Origin: Desulfobulbus propionicus DSM 2032
GTDB taxonomy: Bacteria; Desulfobacterota; Desulfobulbia; Desulfobulbales; Desulfobulbaceae
NCBI RefSeq assembly: GCF_000186885.1
Contig: NC_014972.1
Coordinates: 1,020,001-1,052,000, forward strand
Direction of reading: 5' to 3'
Length of the DNA stretch: 32,000 nt
Shown here: positions 1 through 11,290 of the stretch, in pieces
How the letters are laid out: the number at the start of each line of letters is the position of its first letter
How positions within the stretch are numbered: the stretch's first letter is position 1
The notes under the pieces: model-generated
The model's database searches: none
What the model was told of the DNA's origin: nothing
Seen by the model: the letters and a program-made list of their open reading frames with translations, nothing else
Made by a program: the position numbers and the translations under genes

Positions 1-1128
1 GGTCGGGTCGATCAGCCGTTCCTCGACCAGCAGCTCGAACAGCTCGGTCTTGGCCTTGCCCGGGCCGGCGCCCGGCTGGAGTTCGATCCCCTTTTGCTTG
101 GCCAGCGCCATCACCGCCGTGTCGTCCTCGAGTACCGCCGGATCGAGGCCGCCGATCTGCACCAGGGATTCCTCCATGGTCAGCCGCCGCCAGGGCGGGG
201 CCAGGTTGACCGGTGTGCCCTGATAGCTGATGTCCATGGAGCCGGTGACCTCATGGGCCAGCCACGAAACCATCTCCTCGGTCAGGTCCATCAGGTCGTG
301 GTAGGTGGCGTAGGCCTGATAGAATTCGAGCATGGTGAATTCCGGGTTGTGGCGGGTCGAGAGTCCCTCGTTGCGGAAGTTGCGGTTGATCTCGAACACC
401 TTCTCGAAGCCGCCCACCAAGAGCCGTTTGAGGTAGAGTTCCGGGGCGATGCGCAGGTAGAGATCCATGTCAAGCGCGTTGTGGTGGGTGCGGAAGGGCT
501 TGGCCGTGGCGCCGCCGGGCACCGGCTGCATCATCGGGGTTTCCACCTCCATGTAGCCGCGGTTGTTGAGAAATTCGCGGATCAGCCGGATGATCTCCAC
601 CCGCTTCTTGAACACCTCGCGCGCCTCGGGATTGACGATCAGATCGAGATAGCGCTGGCGGTAACGGGTCTCGACATCGGTCAGGCCGTGGAACTTCTCC
701 GGCAGCGGCCGCAGCGACTTGGTGATCATCTGCAGGGTGGTGGCCTCCAGCGACAGCTCGCCGGTCTTGGTCTTGAACAGCCGTCCCTCGACGCCGACAA
801 TGTCGCCCACATCCCATTTTTTAAAGAGATCGTAGACCTCCTCGCCCAGCAGGTCGCGGCGGGCATAGATCTGGAGGCGTTCGCTGGCGTCCTGGAGGTG
901 AAAGAAGGCCGCCTTGCCGAACTTGCGCATCGACATCACCCGGCCGGCCACCCGGTAGCTGTGGCCCGAGTCGTCGTGACATTCGGGTGCGAGGTGTTCG
1001 CCCTGGGGCAGGATGTCGATGATGGGATCAGGGGCCTTGAAGGTATTGCTGAACAGCTTGACGCCGGATTGGGCCAGGGATTCGGCCTTTTCCCGCCGCT
1101 GTTTGAGAAGGTTGCTCGTTGTTTCCAT
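1..1128 (-). CDS. lysS: Lysyl-tRNA synthetase, class II (C-terminus truncated by window edge)
   Basis: Reverse-strand translation from ATG at 1128: [30 protein letters not shown]..., then [39 protein letters not shown], typical of the class II LysRS OB-fold and catalytic start. The plus-strand 94..1182 ORF is its shadow. Confidence 0.93.
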   Translation of the reverse strand, partial: METTSNLLKQRREKAESLAQSGVKLFSNTFKAPDPIIDILPQGEHLAPECHDDSGHSYRVAGRVMSMRKFGKAAFFHLQDASERLQIYARRDLLGEEVYDLFKKWDVGDIVGVEGRLFKTKTGELSLEATTLQMITKSLRPLPEKFHGLTDVETRYRQRYLDLIVNPEAREVFKKRVEIIRLIREFLNNRGYMEVETPMMQPVPGGATAKPFRTHHNALDMDLYLRIAPELYLKRLLVGGFEKVFEINRNFRNEGLSTRHNPEFTMLEFYQAYATYHDLMDLTEEMVSWLAHEVTGSMDISYQGTPVNLAPPWRRLTMEESLVQIGGLDPAVLEDDTAVMALAKQKGIELQPGAGPGKAKTELFELLVEERLIDPT

Positions 1129-1261
1129 GATCTGTGTGCGAGAAGAGTTGTGGTATGCGCCAACCCCGCGGGCGGAGGTTGAAAAGAGGCCCTGGGGCAC
1201 GGAAGGAAGACGCTGGAGGTCCCAAATGGACGGGTCAAAATAGTTCGCGTCCGCGTTGATG

Positions 1262-2566
1262 TCAATTCCTTTCAAGGAGGGCGACGGTTTCGATGTGATG
1301 GGTCTGGGGGAACATGTCCACCGGGGTGACCTGAACGATGCGGTAGCCATTCTGGACGATCAGCGCCAGGTCGCGGGCCAGGGTGGCCGGATCGCAGGAG
1401 ATGGACAGGATATGCTGCGGGCCAAGCCGGGCGAGTAGCGCCGCGGTCTTGCCCAATCCCTGGCGAGGCGGATCGAGCAGGACGCAATCGAAGCGGGCCT
1501 TGCGCGCCACCAGGCTGCGCAGTGCCTGGCCGACATCGGCGCTGCGGAAGCGGGCCGTGGTCAGCCCCGCGGCACGGCTGTTGTGTTCCGCCCAATGAAC
1601 GCTCGTCCGGTTGTGCTCGACTCCGCTCACCTGCGTGCCCATGAGGCCAAGCGGAATGGAAAAATTGCCCATGCCGCAGAACAGGTCGAGGGCGGCACGA
1701 GGTGGCGGTGACAGGGGCAGCAGGCCCAGGGCGAGCTCGATCAAGCGTGGATTCTGGCGGACGTTGACCTGGAAAAAACACCGGTGATCCCAACACAGCC
1801 GATAGGCATGGCCAAGGACCGCGAAATCCTGGCACAGGTCGGCGGCGCGCGCGCGATCCCCCGACCGGCCGATGGGCTCCGCCTGCACGATCGTGTTGTC
1901 GGCCAGGCGGTTGAGTGCGGTGACCAGGTCGGCAGCCGAGTCGGGGCGCAACGCCGCCGTGGCCTGCAGGACAAGGATCACCCGGTCGTCGGCCGGACTG
2001 TGGATCAGCTCCACGGCGCTGACCAGCTCCCGGAGCCGCGCCGGCCAGCCCGCATCGACCAGGGCGCCGATCGCCCGGTTGATCGGTTCGGTGGCCAGCA
2101 GGCAGCGGCGGATCGGAACCACCTCGTTGCTCCCGCCCTGATGGAAGCCAAGCCGGCCGACCTGGTCGAGGTGGAGCCGCAGCCGATGGCGGTACCCAAA
2201 GGGCTGGGGCGAGGACAAAGCGGGACCGGGGTGATCCGGCGGCAGATCAAGCCGGGATCGCCGCAGGGCCTCGTCCAGGATCGAGCGCTTGATCGCCAGC
2301 TGGGTGGGGTAGCTGCCGTGCTGGAGGTCGCAGCCGCCGCACAGGCCGTAGTGAGGGCAGGGGGGGAGAATGCGCTCGGGCGCAGGCTCTTCAACCCGGA
2401 CCAGGCTGGCCTCCTTGTAGCCCCGATGGATTCGGGTCTCTCGTACCGTCACCCTTTCCCCCGGCAACACCCCGGCGACCATCACCTTCATGCCGTCGGC
2501 CAGGGTGCCCAGACCCTTGCCGCCTGCTATCACCTTTGGTATTGTCAGCGTATGTTCCATGGGCAC
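1262..2566 (-). CDS. rlmD: TRAM-domain class I SAM-dependent RNA (uracil-5-)-methyltransferase, RlmD/RumA family
   Basis: N-terminal TRAM-like segment, Fe-S type cysteines CPHYGLCGGC, DLFCGMGNFSIPL SAM motif, FDCVLLDPPRQG and catalytic-Cys region ILSISCDPATLARDL. Confidence 0.82.
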   Translation of the reverse strand: MPMEHTLTIPKVIAGGKGLGTLADGMKVMVAGVLPGERVTVRETRIHRGYKEASLVRVEEPAPERILPPCPHYGLCGGCDLQHGSYPTQLAIKRSILDEALRRSRLDLPPDHPGPALSSPQPFGYRHRLRLHLDQVGRLGFHQGGSNEVVPIRRCLLATEPINRAIGALVDAGWPARLRELVSAVELIHSPADDRVILVLQATAALRPDSAADLVTALNRLADNTIVQAEPIGRSGDRARAADLCQDFAVLGHAYRLCWDHRCFFQVNVRQNPRLIELALGLLPLSPPPRAALDLFCGMGNFSIPLGLMGTQVSGVEHNRTSVHWAEHNSRAAGLTTARFRSADVGQALRSLVARKARFDCVLLDPPRQGLGKTAALLARLGPQHILSISCDPATLARDLALIVQNGYRIVQVTPVDMFPQTHHIETVALLERN

Positions 2567-2649
2567 CGTGGAGCAGCTTGATTCTGCTGATTTTTATTTG
2601 TGTTCATGATCGATTGATAATCCAGCAACCGGGAAAAGGGTGAGCGCGC

Positions 2650-4002
2650 GTGGGGGCACAGGCCAAAGCAAAAATTCTGGTGGTGGACGATGAACGGGTG
2701 CACCGTTTCATGCTCCATTCCTTGTTCGCCGAATGGGGGTGGGACGCCGAGGAGGCGGACGATGGGTCCACCGCCGTGGCCGCGGTCGAGCGGGGGCCCT
2801 TTGACGCCATCCTCATGGACGTGCGCATGACCACCATGGACGGCATGGAGGCCCTGAAGCGAATCCATGCCCTCAATCCGGCCATTCCGGTGATCATCAT
2901 GACCGCCTTCTCCTCGGTCGATTCGGCCGTGGCGGCGATCAAGCAGGGCGCGCACGATTATCTGACCAAGCCGCTCGATTTCGATCGGCTGCGCACCACC
3001 CTGGAGGTGGCCATGGGCCATCGCCAGCGGGAAAGCCAGACCATGGCCGTGGGGCAGCCTTTCGGCGATGATGGCCGGATCATCGGCACATCGGCACCGA
3101 TGCAGGAGCTGTGGGAAATGATCGTCCACGTGGCGCCCACCGAGGCCACGGTGTTGATCAACGGTGAATCGGGCACCGGCAAGGAACTGGTCGCCTCGGC
3201 CCTGCACCATACCAGTCTGCGCAGCAAGGGACCGTTCGTGAAGGTCAACTGCGCCGCCCTGGCCGAAACCCTGCTCGAATCCGAACTGTTCGGCCACGAA
3301 CGCGGCGCCTTCACCGGTGCCGACCGCCGCCGCGAGGGCCGTTTTGTCCAAGCCCAGGGCGGCACGCTCTTTCTCGACGAAATCGGCGAAACCTCGCCCG
3401 GCATGCAGGCCAAGTTGCTGCGTGTGCTCCAGGAACACGAACTGCAGCGGGTCGGCGGCCAGGAAACGATCAAGGTCGATGTGCGCATCCTCTGCGCCAC
3501 CAACCGCGACCTGGAGGAAGAGGTGGCGGCTGGCCGCTTCCGCGAGGACCTCTACTACCGCCTCAACGTGGTCGAGCTGTGGGTGCCCCCCCTGCGCGAG
3601 CGCCACGGCGACATTCCCCTGCTGGCCAATTATTTCCTCCAAAGCTTTGCCGACAAGAACGGCCGCATGGTCAGCGGCATCACCCCGGAGTGCATGGATG
3701 TGCTCAACCGCTATCCCTGGCCGGGCAACGTGCGCGAGTTGGAGCATTCGATCGAGCGCGGCGTGATCCTGATGCGCGGCGACTATCTCGATCTCGCGGC
3801 CCTGCCGCTGGCCATTCAACGCTGGGCCGGACTGAACGCCCCCAAGGAGGTGGAGGAGCCTGCGACCCTCAAGGAGGCCGAACGAATGCTCATCCTCAAG
3901 ACCCTGGAAGAGACCGGCGGCAACCGCAGCGAGGCAGCCCGCCGTCTGCAGATAACCCGCAAGACGCTCTTGAACAAGCTAAAAAGTTATAATATAAGCT
4001 GA
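2650..4002 (+). CDS. Sigma-54-dependent response regulator (receiver + AAA+ + Fis-type HTH), NtrC/AtoC-like
   Basis: Receiver: KILVVDDERVHRFMLHSL...AILMDVRM...PVIIMTAF...YLTKPLD. AAA+: GESGTGKELVASALH, GAFTGA (ERGAFTGADRR), GTLFLDEIGE. C-terminal HTH: GGNRSEAARRLQITRKTLLNKL. GTG start at 2650. Confidence 0.93.
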   Translation: MGAQAKAKILVVDDERVHRFMLHSLFAEWGWDAEEADDGSTAVAAVERGPFDAILMDVRMTTMDGMEALKRIHALNPAIPVIIMTAFSSVDSAVAAIKQGAHDYLTKPLDFDRLRTTLEVAMGHRQRESQTMAVGQPFGDDGRIIGTSAPMQELWEMIVHVAPTEATVLINGESGTGKELVASALHHTSLRSKGPFVKVNCAALAETLLESELFGHERGAFTGADRRREGRFVQAQGGTLFLDEIGETSPGMQAKLLRVLQEHELQRVGGQETIKVDVRILCATNRDLEEEVAAGRFREDLYYRLNVVELWVPPLRERHGDIPLLANYFLQSFADKNGRMVSGITPECMDVLNRYPWPGNVRELEHSIERGVILMRGDYLDLAALPLAIQRWAGLNAPKEVEEPATLKEAERMLILKTLEETGGNRSEAARRLQITRKTLLNKLKSYNIS

Positions 4003-4130
4003 GGCGGAAAAAATCGTGTGATTGCAAGCGGCCCAGGCCAACCGTGTGCCCCTTGCGTCCCGGCGGCCCGAGGCGTCTTGCCCCTCTTTCGCCGATGCCA
4101 TCCCTTTAACCGGCGTGACCCCCGATTTCA

Positions 4131-6797
4131 ATGCAACACTGCGCACCCCTGCTGGAAGCCGCCTATGCCGCCAGCCGATTTCTTTTGCACGAGCGCGATT
4201 TGGCCAATCTTCTCCAGGGCCTCTGCGACCGGTTGACCGCCGAAGGGGTCAGCAGTGCCGCCTTGCTGGTGCTGCTCGATCGCGATTCCGGTGGGGTTAT
4301 CACCGCCGAGACGGGGCTGGGCGAACGGTTTGCTCCGCTTCTGGACCGTCTCCGTCAGGGACAGTTGCCGGACTGCGGTCTGCGGGCCCTGCAGGCGGCG
4401 AACGGGCAAGCGGTGGTGTGTAAATCCTGCACCTGCGAGCTCGACTGCGGTTCGTCCGCCGGCGGCGCCACGCTGGCGTTGTCGGCCGCCATCCGCTGCA
4501 CCCCCAGCCTTTCCGGATTTCTCACCCTGCAGCTGACCTCCGCTGTTCCGCCGACCACGGTTGAATGCCGGATCGTGGCCGATCTGACCGATTCAATCAG
4601 TCTGGCCTTGCGCCAGCTGTTCGCCGACGAGGCCGCCAGGCAGCGGGAACAGGAGCTGAAACGAATCGAGGAGCGCTACGAGTTGGCCCTGCACGCCTCC
4701 CAGGCGGGTCTGTGGGACTGGAACATCCGCACCGGCGAGATGTATACCAGCCCCGATCATTGGGAACTGCTCGACTACCAGTCGAGCAAGGACGATGGCG
4801 TCCAGCCGCAGCGCTTTATTCATCCCGAGGATCGGGACCGGGTGCTTGCCGTACTCAACGAGCATCTTACCGGCAAGACCGAGGAGTATCGGATCGAATA
4901 CCGGGTTCAGGAAAAAGACGGCGAGTGGACCTGGTTTCTCGATCGCGGCCGGGTGGTGGAGCGGGACGACAACAACATGCCGGTGCGCATGACCGGCACC
5001 CATCAGAACATCACCCTGCAAAAACACCAGGATCAGGCCATCGCCCTGGTCCAGCAGCAATTGCACGACGCGGTCAATCACGAACGCAACTTTCTGCAAA
5101 CGGTGATTGACAGTGCCGGCGATCCGGTCATGGTGGTCGATCTGAACCATACCCTGTTGCTGATCAATCAGGCGGCGGCGCGATTGGTCCGTGACGGCGG
5201 CAGCATCGAATCGCTGCGCGGGCAGAAGTGTTACCGCCTGTTTTGCGGGATGGAAACGCCGTGCCAAGACCTTCGCTATCCCTGTCCGGTGGAACAGGTC
5301 AAGAGCAACGGACAGCCGGCCAAGCTGATCCACAACCCCTATCACGGCAACGGCGTCAACAACACCTTCGAACTGGAGGCATCGCCGCTCCGGGACGGTC
5401 AGGGCAAGCTGTACGGGATCATCGAGGTGGCCCGCGACATCACCGACCGTCTGCGGATCGAAAAGGAACTGCGGGAGAGCCAGTCACATCTGTACCGGCT
5501 GGCCCACCACGATCCCCTCACCGGGCTGCCCAACCGGCTTCTGTTCCGCGACCGTTTTGCCCAGGCGATCAGCAAGGCGGAGCGCAACCGGAGCGGGGTG
5601 GCGGTTCTGTTTCTCGATCTTGACCGGTTCAAGAGCATCAACGACACCTTGGGTCACGATGTCGGCGACGCCCTGCTGGTGGAGGTGGCCGCCCGTCTGC
5701 AGCGCCAATGCCGCCAGTCGGATACAGTGGCCCGGCTGGGCGGCGACGAGTTTGTCTTCATCCTCGAAGCCATCCATGATCGCAAGGATGCGTCGGTGGT
5801 GGCCGACAAGATCATGGCCGCCCTCGGCGTTCCGGTCCTGGCCAAGGGCCATGAACTCACCATTACCACCAGCATCGGTATCGCGCTTTTTCCTTTGGAC
5901 GGCGCCACCATGGAAGAGGTGATCAAATGTGCCGACCTGGCCTTGTATGCCGCCAAGGAGATCGGCCGTAGCAACTATCAGTTTTACCGCAAGGGCATGC
6001 CCCCCAACGGCGGGCGGCCGCGGTTGAGCGGCCAGCAGTTCCGCCGGGCCATGGCCAACGGCGAGCTGCGTCTTGAGTATGGGCCCCGCTACGATCTGCA
6101 CAGCGGCCGATTGACGGGGCTGCGGGTCTTGCCGCGCTGGCATCATCCGGCCATGGGAGTGCTTTTGCCCCACGACTTTGTGCCGGCCGCCGAGGAGTGC
6201 GGCGTGTTGGATCTGCTGAACGAATGGCTGCTCGGCGAGGTTTGCGCCCCTCTACAGGCCTGGGGGGAGCTGGGATACCCGTGCCCGCCGATGACCATTC
6301 CGCTCGGCTCACGGCAACTGTTGGAAAGCGGTTTCCTCGCCGCCCTGGATCGGATGCTGCGGCAGGGCAGGGTAACGCCGGCGATGCTGGTGATCGAGGT
6401 TCGCGAACCAGCCGTGACCGAGGCCACCGCCCGGATGATCGAGTGTCTCGGGCGGCTCGGCCGGCTTGGGCTGGGCTGCGCGGTCAGTGATTTCGGGGCC
6501 GACCGGACTTCGCTGGCTCGCCTGCAGAGGCTGCCGCTGGGCAGCCTGACCATCAGCGATGCCGTATTGGCCGATGTGCCGGCCAACCCGGATAGCTGCA
6601 TCTTGACCTCAGCCATCATCAACCTCGGTCATTCCCTGGGGATGCGGGTGGTTGGCAACGGGATCGATCGCCAGTCGCAGCACGATTTCCTGCGCCGGCA
6701 TGGCTGCGATCAGGCCCAGGGACCGTTCCTGTCGCCCCCCCTACGGGCGGAAGAGGTGCCTTCTCTGCTGGCGACGGCCGCGCAAATGGGCGGTTGA
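4131..6797 (+). CDS. GAF-like/PAS/PAS/GGDEF/degenerate-EAL cyclic-di-GMP signalling protein
   Basis: PAS/PAC blocks (LHASQAGLWDWNIRTGEMY..., VIDSAGDPVMVVDLNH...), GGDEF domain DPLTGLPNRLLFRDRF...RLGGDEFVFIL with RQSD (RxxD I-site) five residues upstream, C-terminal EAL-like fold with substituted signature residues. Confidence 0.88.
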   Translation: MQHCAPLLEAAYAASRFLLHERDLANLLQGLCDRLTAEGVSSAALLVLLDRDSGGVITAETGLGERFAPLLDRLRQGQLPDCGLRALQAANGQAVVCKSCTCELDCGSSAGGATLALSAAIRCTPSLSGFLTLQLTSAVPPTTVECRIVADLTDSISLALRQLFADEAARQREQELKRIEERYELALHASQAGLWDWNIRTGEMYTSPDHWELLDYQSSKDDGVQPQRFIHPEDRDRVLAVLNEHLTGKTEEYRIEYRVQEKDGEWTWFLDRGRVVERDDNNMPVRMTGTHQNITLQKHQDQAIALVQQQLHDAVNHERNFLQTVIDSAGDPVMVVDLNHTLLLINQAAARLVRDGGSIESLRGQKCYRLFCGMETPCQDLRYPCPVEQVKSNGQPAKLIHNPYHGNGVNNTFELEASPLRDGQGKLYGIIEVARDITDRLRIEKELRESQSHLYRLAHHDPLTGLPNRLLFRDRFAQAISKAERNRSGVAVLFLDLDRFKSINDTLGHDVGDALLVEVAARLQRQCRQSDTVARLGGDEFVFILEAIHDRKDASVVADKIMAALGVPVLAKGHELTITTSIGIALFPLDGATMEEVIKCADLALYAAKEIGRSNYQFYRKGMPPNGGRPRLSGQQFRRAMANGELRLEYGPRYDLHSGRLTGLRVLPRWHHPAMGVLLPHDFVPAAEECGVLDLLNEWLLGEVCAPLQAWGELGYPCPPMTIPLGSRQLLESGFLAALDRMLRQGRVTPAMLVIEVREPAVTEATARMIECLGRLGRLGLGCAVSDFGADRTSLARLQRLPLGSLTISDAVLADVPANPDSCILTSAIINLGHSLGMRVVGNGIDRQSQHDFLRRHGCDQAQGPFLSPPLRAEEVPSLLATAAQMGG

Positions 6798-6939
6798 CGC
6801 TTTTTCACCCCTGTGGTAATACGCCTGCTTGTTTTTTCGCAGAAAGACGGGCGTATCTTGGCCGAAGAGAGGTCGGCCCGGGTACGGAGGTCTTTTTTTT
6901 CTTCTGAGAGCATCATCGTTACCCTACTGAATCATTGCA

Positions 6940-8274
6940 ATGCGTACGGATATTTTGCACATCGGCGCGGGGGAGCTCAACTACGAGATCCGTAACATCG
7001 TCTGCGTCGGCGAGAAACTGCAGAAACTGGGTGTCCAGGTCAACTGGGAAAATATCGGCGACCCCATCGCCAAGGGCGAGCAGGTGCCGGACTGGATGAA
7101 GGAGATCGTGGCCGAGGCGGTGCGCGAGGACACCTCCTATGCCTACAGCCCGACCAAAGGCCTACTGTCGGCCAGGGAATACGTGGCCGCCTGCACTAAC
7201 CGCATGGGCGGAGTGCAGATCGATGCCGACGACGTCATCTTCTTCAACGGCCTGGGCGACGCCATTTCCAAGGTGTTCGGTTTCCTCAAGCCCACCGCCC
7301 GGGTGATCGTGCCCACCCCGAGCTACACCACCCATTCCTCGGCCGAGGCCGCCCATGCCAGCGACCAGCCGGTGACCTATATCCTTGATCCCAACCATCT
7401 CTGGTATCCGGATCTGGAGGATATCGAAAACCACATCAAGTACAACCCGGCGGTGGCCGGCATCCTGGTGATCAACCCGGACAACCCCACCGGCGCGGTC
7501 TATCCGGCGGACGTGATGCGGGCCATTGTCGAGATCTGCGAGAAGAACGACCTGTTCATCATCTGCGACGAGATCTACCAGAACATGACCTACAACGGCA
7601 CGGTGTCGGCGCCGCTGTGCACGGTGATCGGCGACAAGGTGCCGGCCATCTGCATGCGCGGCATCTCCAAGGAAATGCCCTGGCCGGGCAGCCGCTGCGG
7701 TTGGATCGAGGTCTATAACCGCCATCGCGACCCGATGTTCGCCACCTACGTGCAGTCGATTCTCAACGCCAAGATGCTTGAGGTCTGCTCGACCACCCTG
7801 CCGCAGACGGTGCTGCCGCGGATCAAGGAGCATCCGATGTATCCGGTTCACCTCAAGAACCGGATCAAGCGCTACGAGCGCTATTCCAATATCGCCTACG
7901 ACATTCTCAAGAATGTCAAGGGGTTGCTGGTTAATCGCACCAACGGCGCCTTCTACATGAGCGCGGTATTCGAGGAGGGGTTGCTCAACCACCACCAGAC
8001 CCTGCCGATCGGGAACGACGAGGTGCGGGAAACCATCGAACGGCTGGTTTCCGGGCCCAACATCCAGCCGGACAAACGTTTTGTCTATTATCTGCTCGCT
8101 TCCACCGGCATCTGCGTGGTGCCGCTCTCCTCGTTTGCCACCGATCTGCAAGGATTCCGCATCACCCTGCTGGAGAAGGAAGAGGAAGATTTTGTTCAGA
8201 TATTCAAAACGATAGCCAACAGCATCAAACGCTACATCAATTCCTCCCTGGAGTGTTGCCCCCGTTGCAACTAG
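6940..8274 (+). CDS. Pyridoxal-phosphate-dependent aminotransferase, class I/II
   Basis: ILVINPDNPTGAVYP, DEIYQNMTY and MRGISKEMPWPGSRCGWIE (PLP lysine region) are class I/II aminotransferase motifs. Confidence 0.87.
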   Translation: MRTDILHIGAGELNYEIRNIVCVGEKLQKLGVQVNWENIGDPIAKGEQVPDWMKEIVAEAVREDTSYAYSPTKGLLSAREYVAACTNRMGGVQIDADDVIFFNGLGDAISKVFGFLKPTARVIVPTPSYTTHSSAEAAHASDQPVTYILDPNHLWYPDLEDIENHIKYNPAVAGILVINPDNPTGAVYPADVMRAIVEICEKNDLFIICDEIYQNMTYNGTVSAPLCTVIGDKVPAICMRGISKEMPWPGSRCGWIEVYNRHRDPMFATYVQSILNAKMLEVCSTTLPQTVLPRIKEHPMYPVHLKNRIKRYERYSNIAYDILKNVKGLLVNRTNGAFYMSAVFEEGLLNHHQTLPIGNDEVRETIERLVSGPNIQPDKRFVYYLLASTGICVVPLSSFATDLQGFRITLLEKEEEDFVQIFKTIANSIKRYINSSLECCPRCN

Positions 8275-8296
8275 GGACAGCCCACATCGCCTCTCC

Positions 8297-8332
8297 ACCC
8301 CTGGCGCCCCTAGCGGCGGCAGGGGTTTTTTT
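8297..8332 (+). terminator. Rho-independent terminator candidate after aminotransferase gene
   Basis: ACCCCTG ... CAGGGGT stem (8297-8303 / 8320-8326) followed by a T run. Confidence 0.7.
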
Positions 8333-8411
8333 ATGGCTGTCATCCTGTTTCCTTTTGTTTTTTCTCGAATTTTTCCGCCGCTCTTCTCCCGTTATTCCCC
8401 CTTTCCCTCCC

Positions 8412-8440
8412 TTGACACTGGATTTTCCCATACTTATTGT
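8412..8440 (+). promoter_or_regulatory. Candidate sigma-70-type promoter for grpE-dnaK
   Basis: TTGACA (8412-8417), 17-nt spacer, TATTGT (8435-8440), about 100 nt upstream of grpE. Confidence 0.45.
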
Positions 8441-8542
8441 TCGCACCAGATTTGACCGGCCCGAATTGGAGAAATTGCCGGATTCCGGGCGTGAAAAAGA
8501 GGATTTGCGTACAACAGGGAACTTGAGACAAGGAGAGCGTAG

Positions 8543-9133
8543 GTGATAGACGAGACAAAGGAACAGGGACCTGTCGGTGAACAGCAGACTACAGAAGCTC
8601 CCGCGGACCTGAGCGATGTGGAGACTATTACAGGGGAGGACAGTACCCCGGAGTCCGAGGCGGAGACCCTGCAGCGGCAACTGGACGAAAGCCGCGATCA
8701 GCTGATGCGGATTGCCGCCGAATTCGAGAACTACAAAAAACGGATGGAGCGGGAACGGGGCAAGCTGCTCAAGTACGCCGGCGAAAATATTCTTCGCGAC
8801 CTGTTGACCACCTTGGATAACCTTGATCGCGCTGTCGAGCAGGGCAATGCCGAGGCCGAGGACGACAGCAAGAAACTGGAGGCCATGCTCCAAGGAATCG
8901 AGTTGACCCGAAAGGGGCTGGTGGCCACGATGGAACGCTATGGCGTGGAACCGTTGGCCGCCATTGGTTTGAGCTTCAACCCGGACGAGCACGACGCCCT
9001 GACCATGGAGGCCAGCGACGAGGTACCGGCCAACCATGTGCTGCGTGAATTCGCCAAAGGCTACCGTTTCAAGGATCGGGTGTTACGCCATGCCCAGGTG
9101 GTCGTGTCCAGCGGACCGGGAAAAGCGGCTTGA
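8543..9133 (+). CDS. grpE: Nucleotide exchange factor GrpE
   Basis: GTG start. LMRIAAEFENYKKRMERERGKLLKYAGENILRDLLTTLDNLDRA and C-terminal RFKDRVLRHAQVVVSSG are GrpE features. Directly upstream of dnaK. Confidence 0.93.
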   Translation: MIDETKEQGPVGEQQTTEAPADLSDVETITGEDSTPESEAETLQRQLDESRDQLMRIAAEFENYKKRMERERGKLLKYAGENILRDLLTTLDNLDRAVEQGNAEAEDDSKKLEAMLQGIELTRKGLVATMERYGVEPLAAIGLSFNPDEHDALTMEASDEVPANHVLREFAKGYRFKDRVLRHAQVVVSSGPGKAA

Positions 9134-9230
9134 CAACCCGTGGATCGGTCGCACAGTAAAAAAAAGAATTGAACAATTGTTCCGGCTTGGAAGCCGATTC
9201 TAATGACAGGAGAGACAGGAGATTGGAATT

Positions 9231-11156
<1,926 letters not shown>

Positions 11157-11196
11157 TCGGGTCTGCCCCGCTCAACGCGGGAATGGTTGCAGTTTT

Positions 11197-11230
11197 GGGA
11201 GTACGGGATTTCCGTGCTCCCATTTTTTTT
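11197..11230 (+). terminator. Rho-independent terminator after dnaK
   Basis: GGGAGTACGG-GATTT-CCGTGCTCCC stem (one G-T pair) followed by ATTTTTTTT. Confidence 0.85.
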
Positions 11231-11290
11231 GCATTTGCGCTATAACGGCTCCGTTTGCCCCCTTTTCCCTTTATCGAACAAGAGAGACCC

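Noticed and set aside
94-1182. Plus-strand 362-aa ORF from the track
   Set aside because: Antisense shadow of lysS; the translation is His/Arg-rich with no domain pattern while the minus strand gives clear LysRS.
2545-3819. Minus-strand 424-aa ORF
   Set aside because: Shadow ORF opposite the sigma-54 response regulator, whose receiver, AAA+ and HTH motifs are unambiguous.
7162-8343. Minus-strand 393-aa ORF
   Set aside because: Antisense to the aminotransferase; no recognisable motifs.
9171-9196. Perfect 12-bp palindrome GAACAATTGTTC followed by CGGCTTGGAAGCCG between grpE and dnaK
   Set aside because: 12-bp palindromes are expected several times by chance in 32 kb, and no known regulator site (CIRCE, sigma-32) matches. 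Only worth revisiting if conserved.
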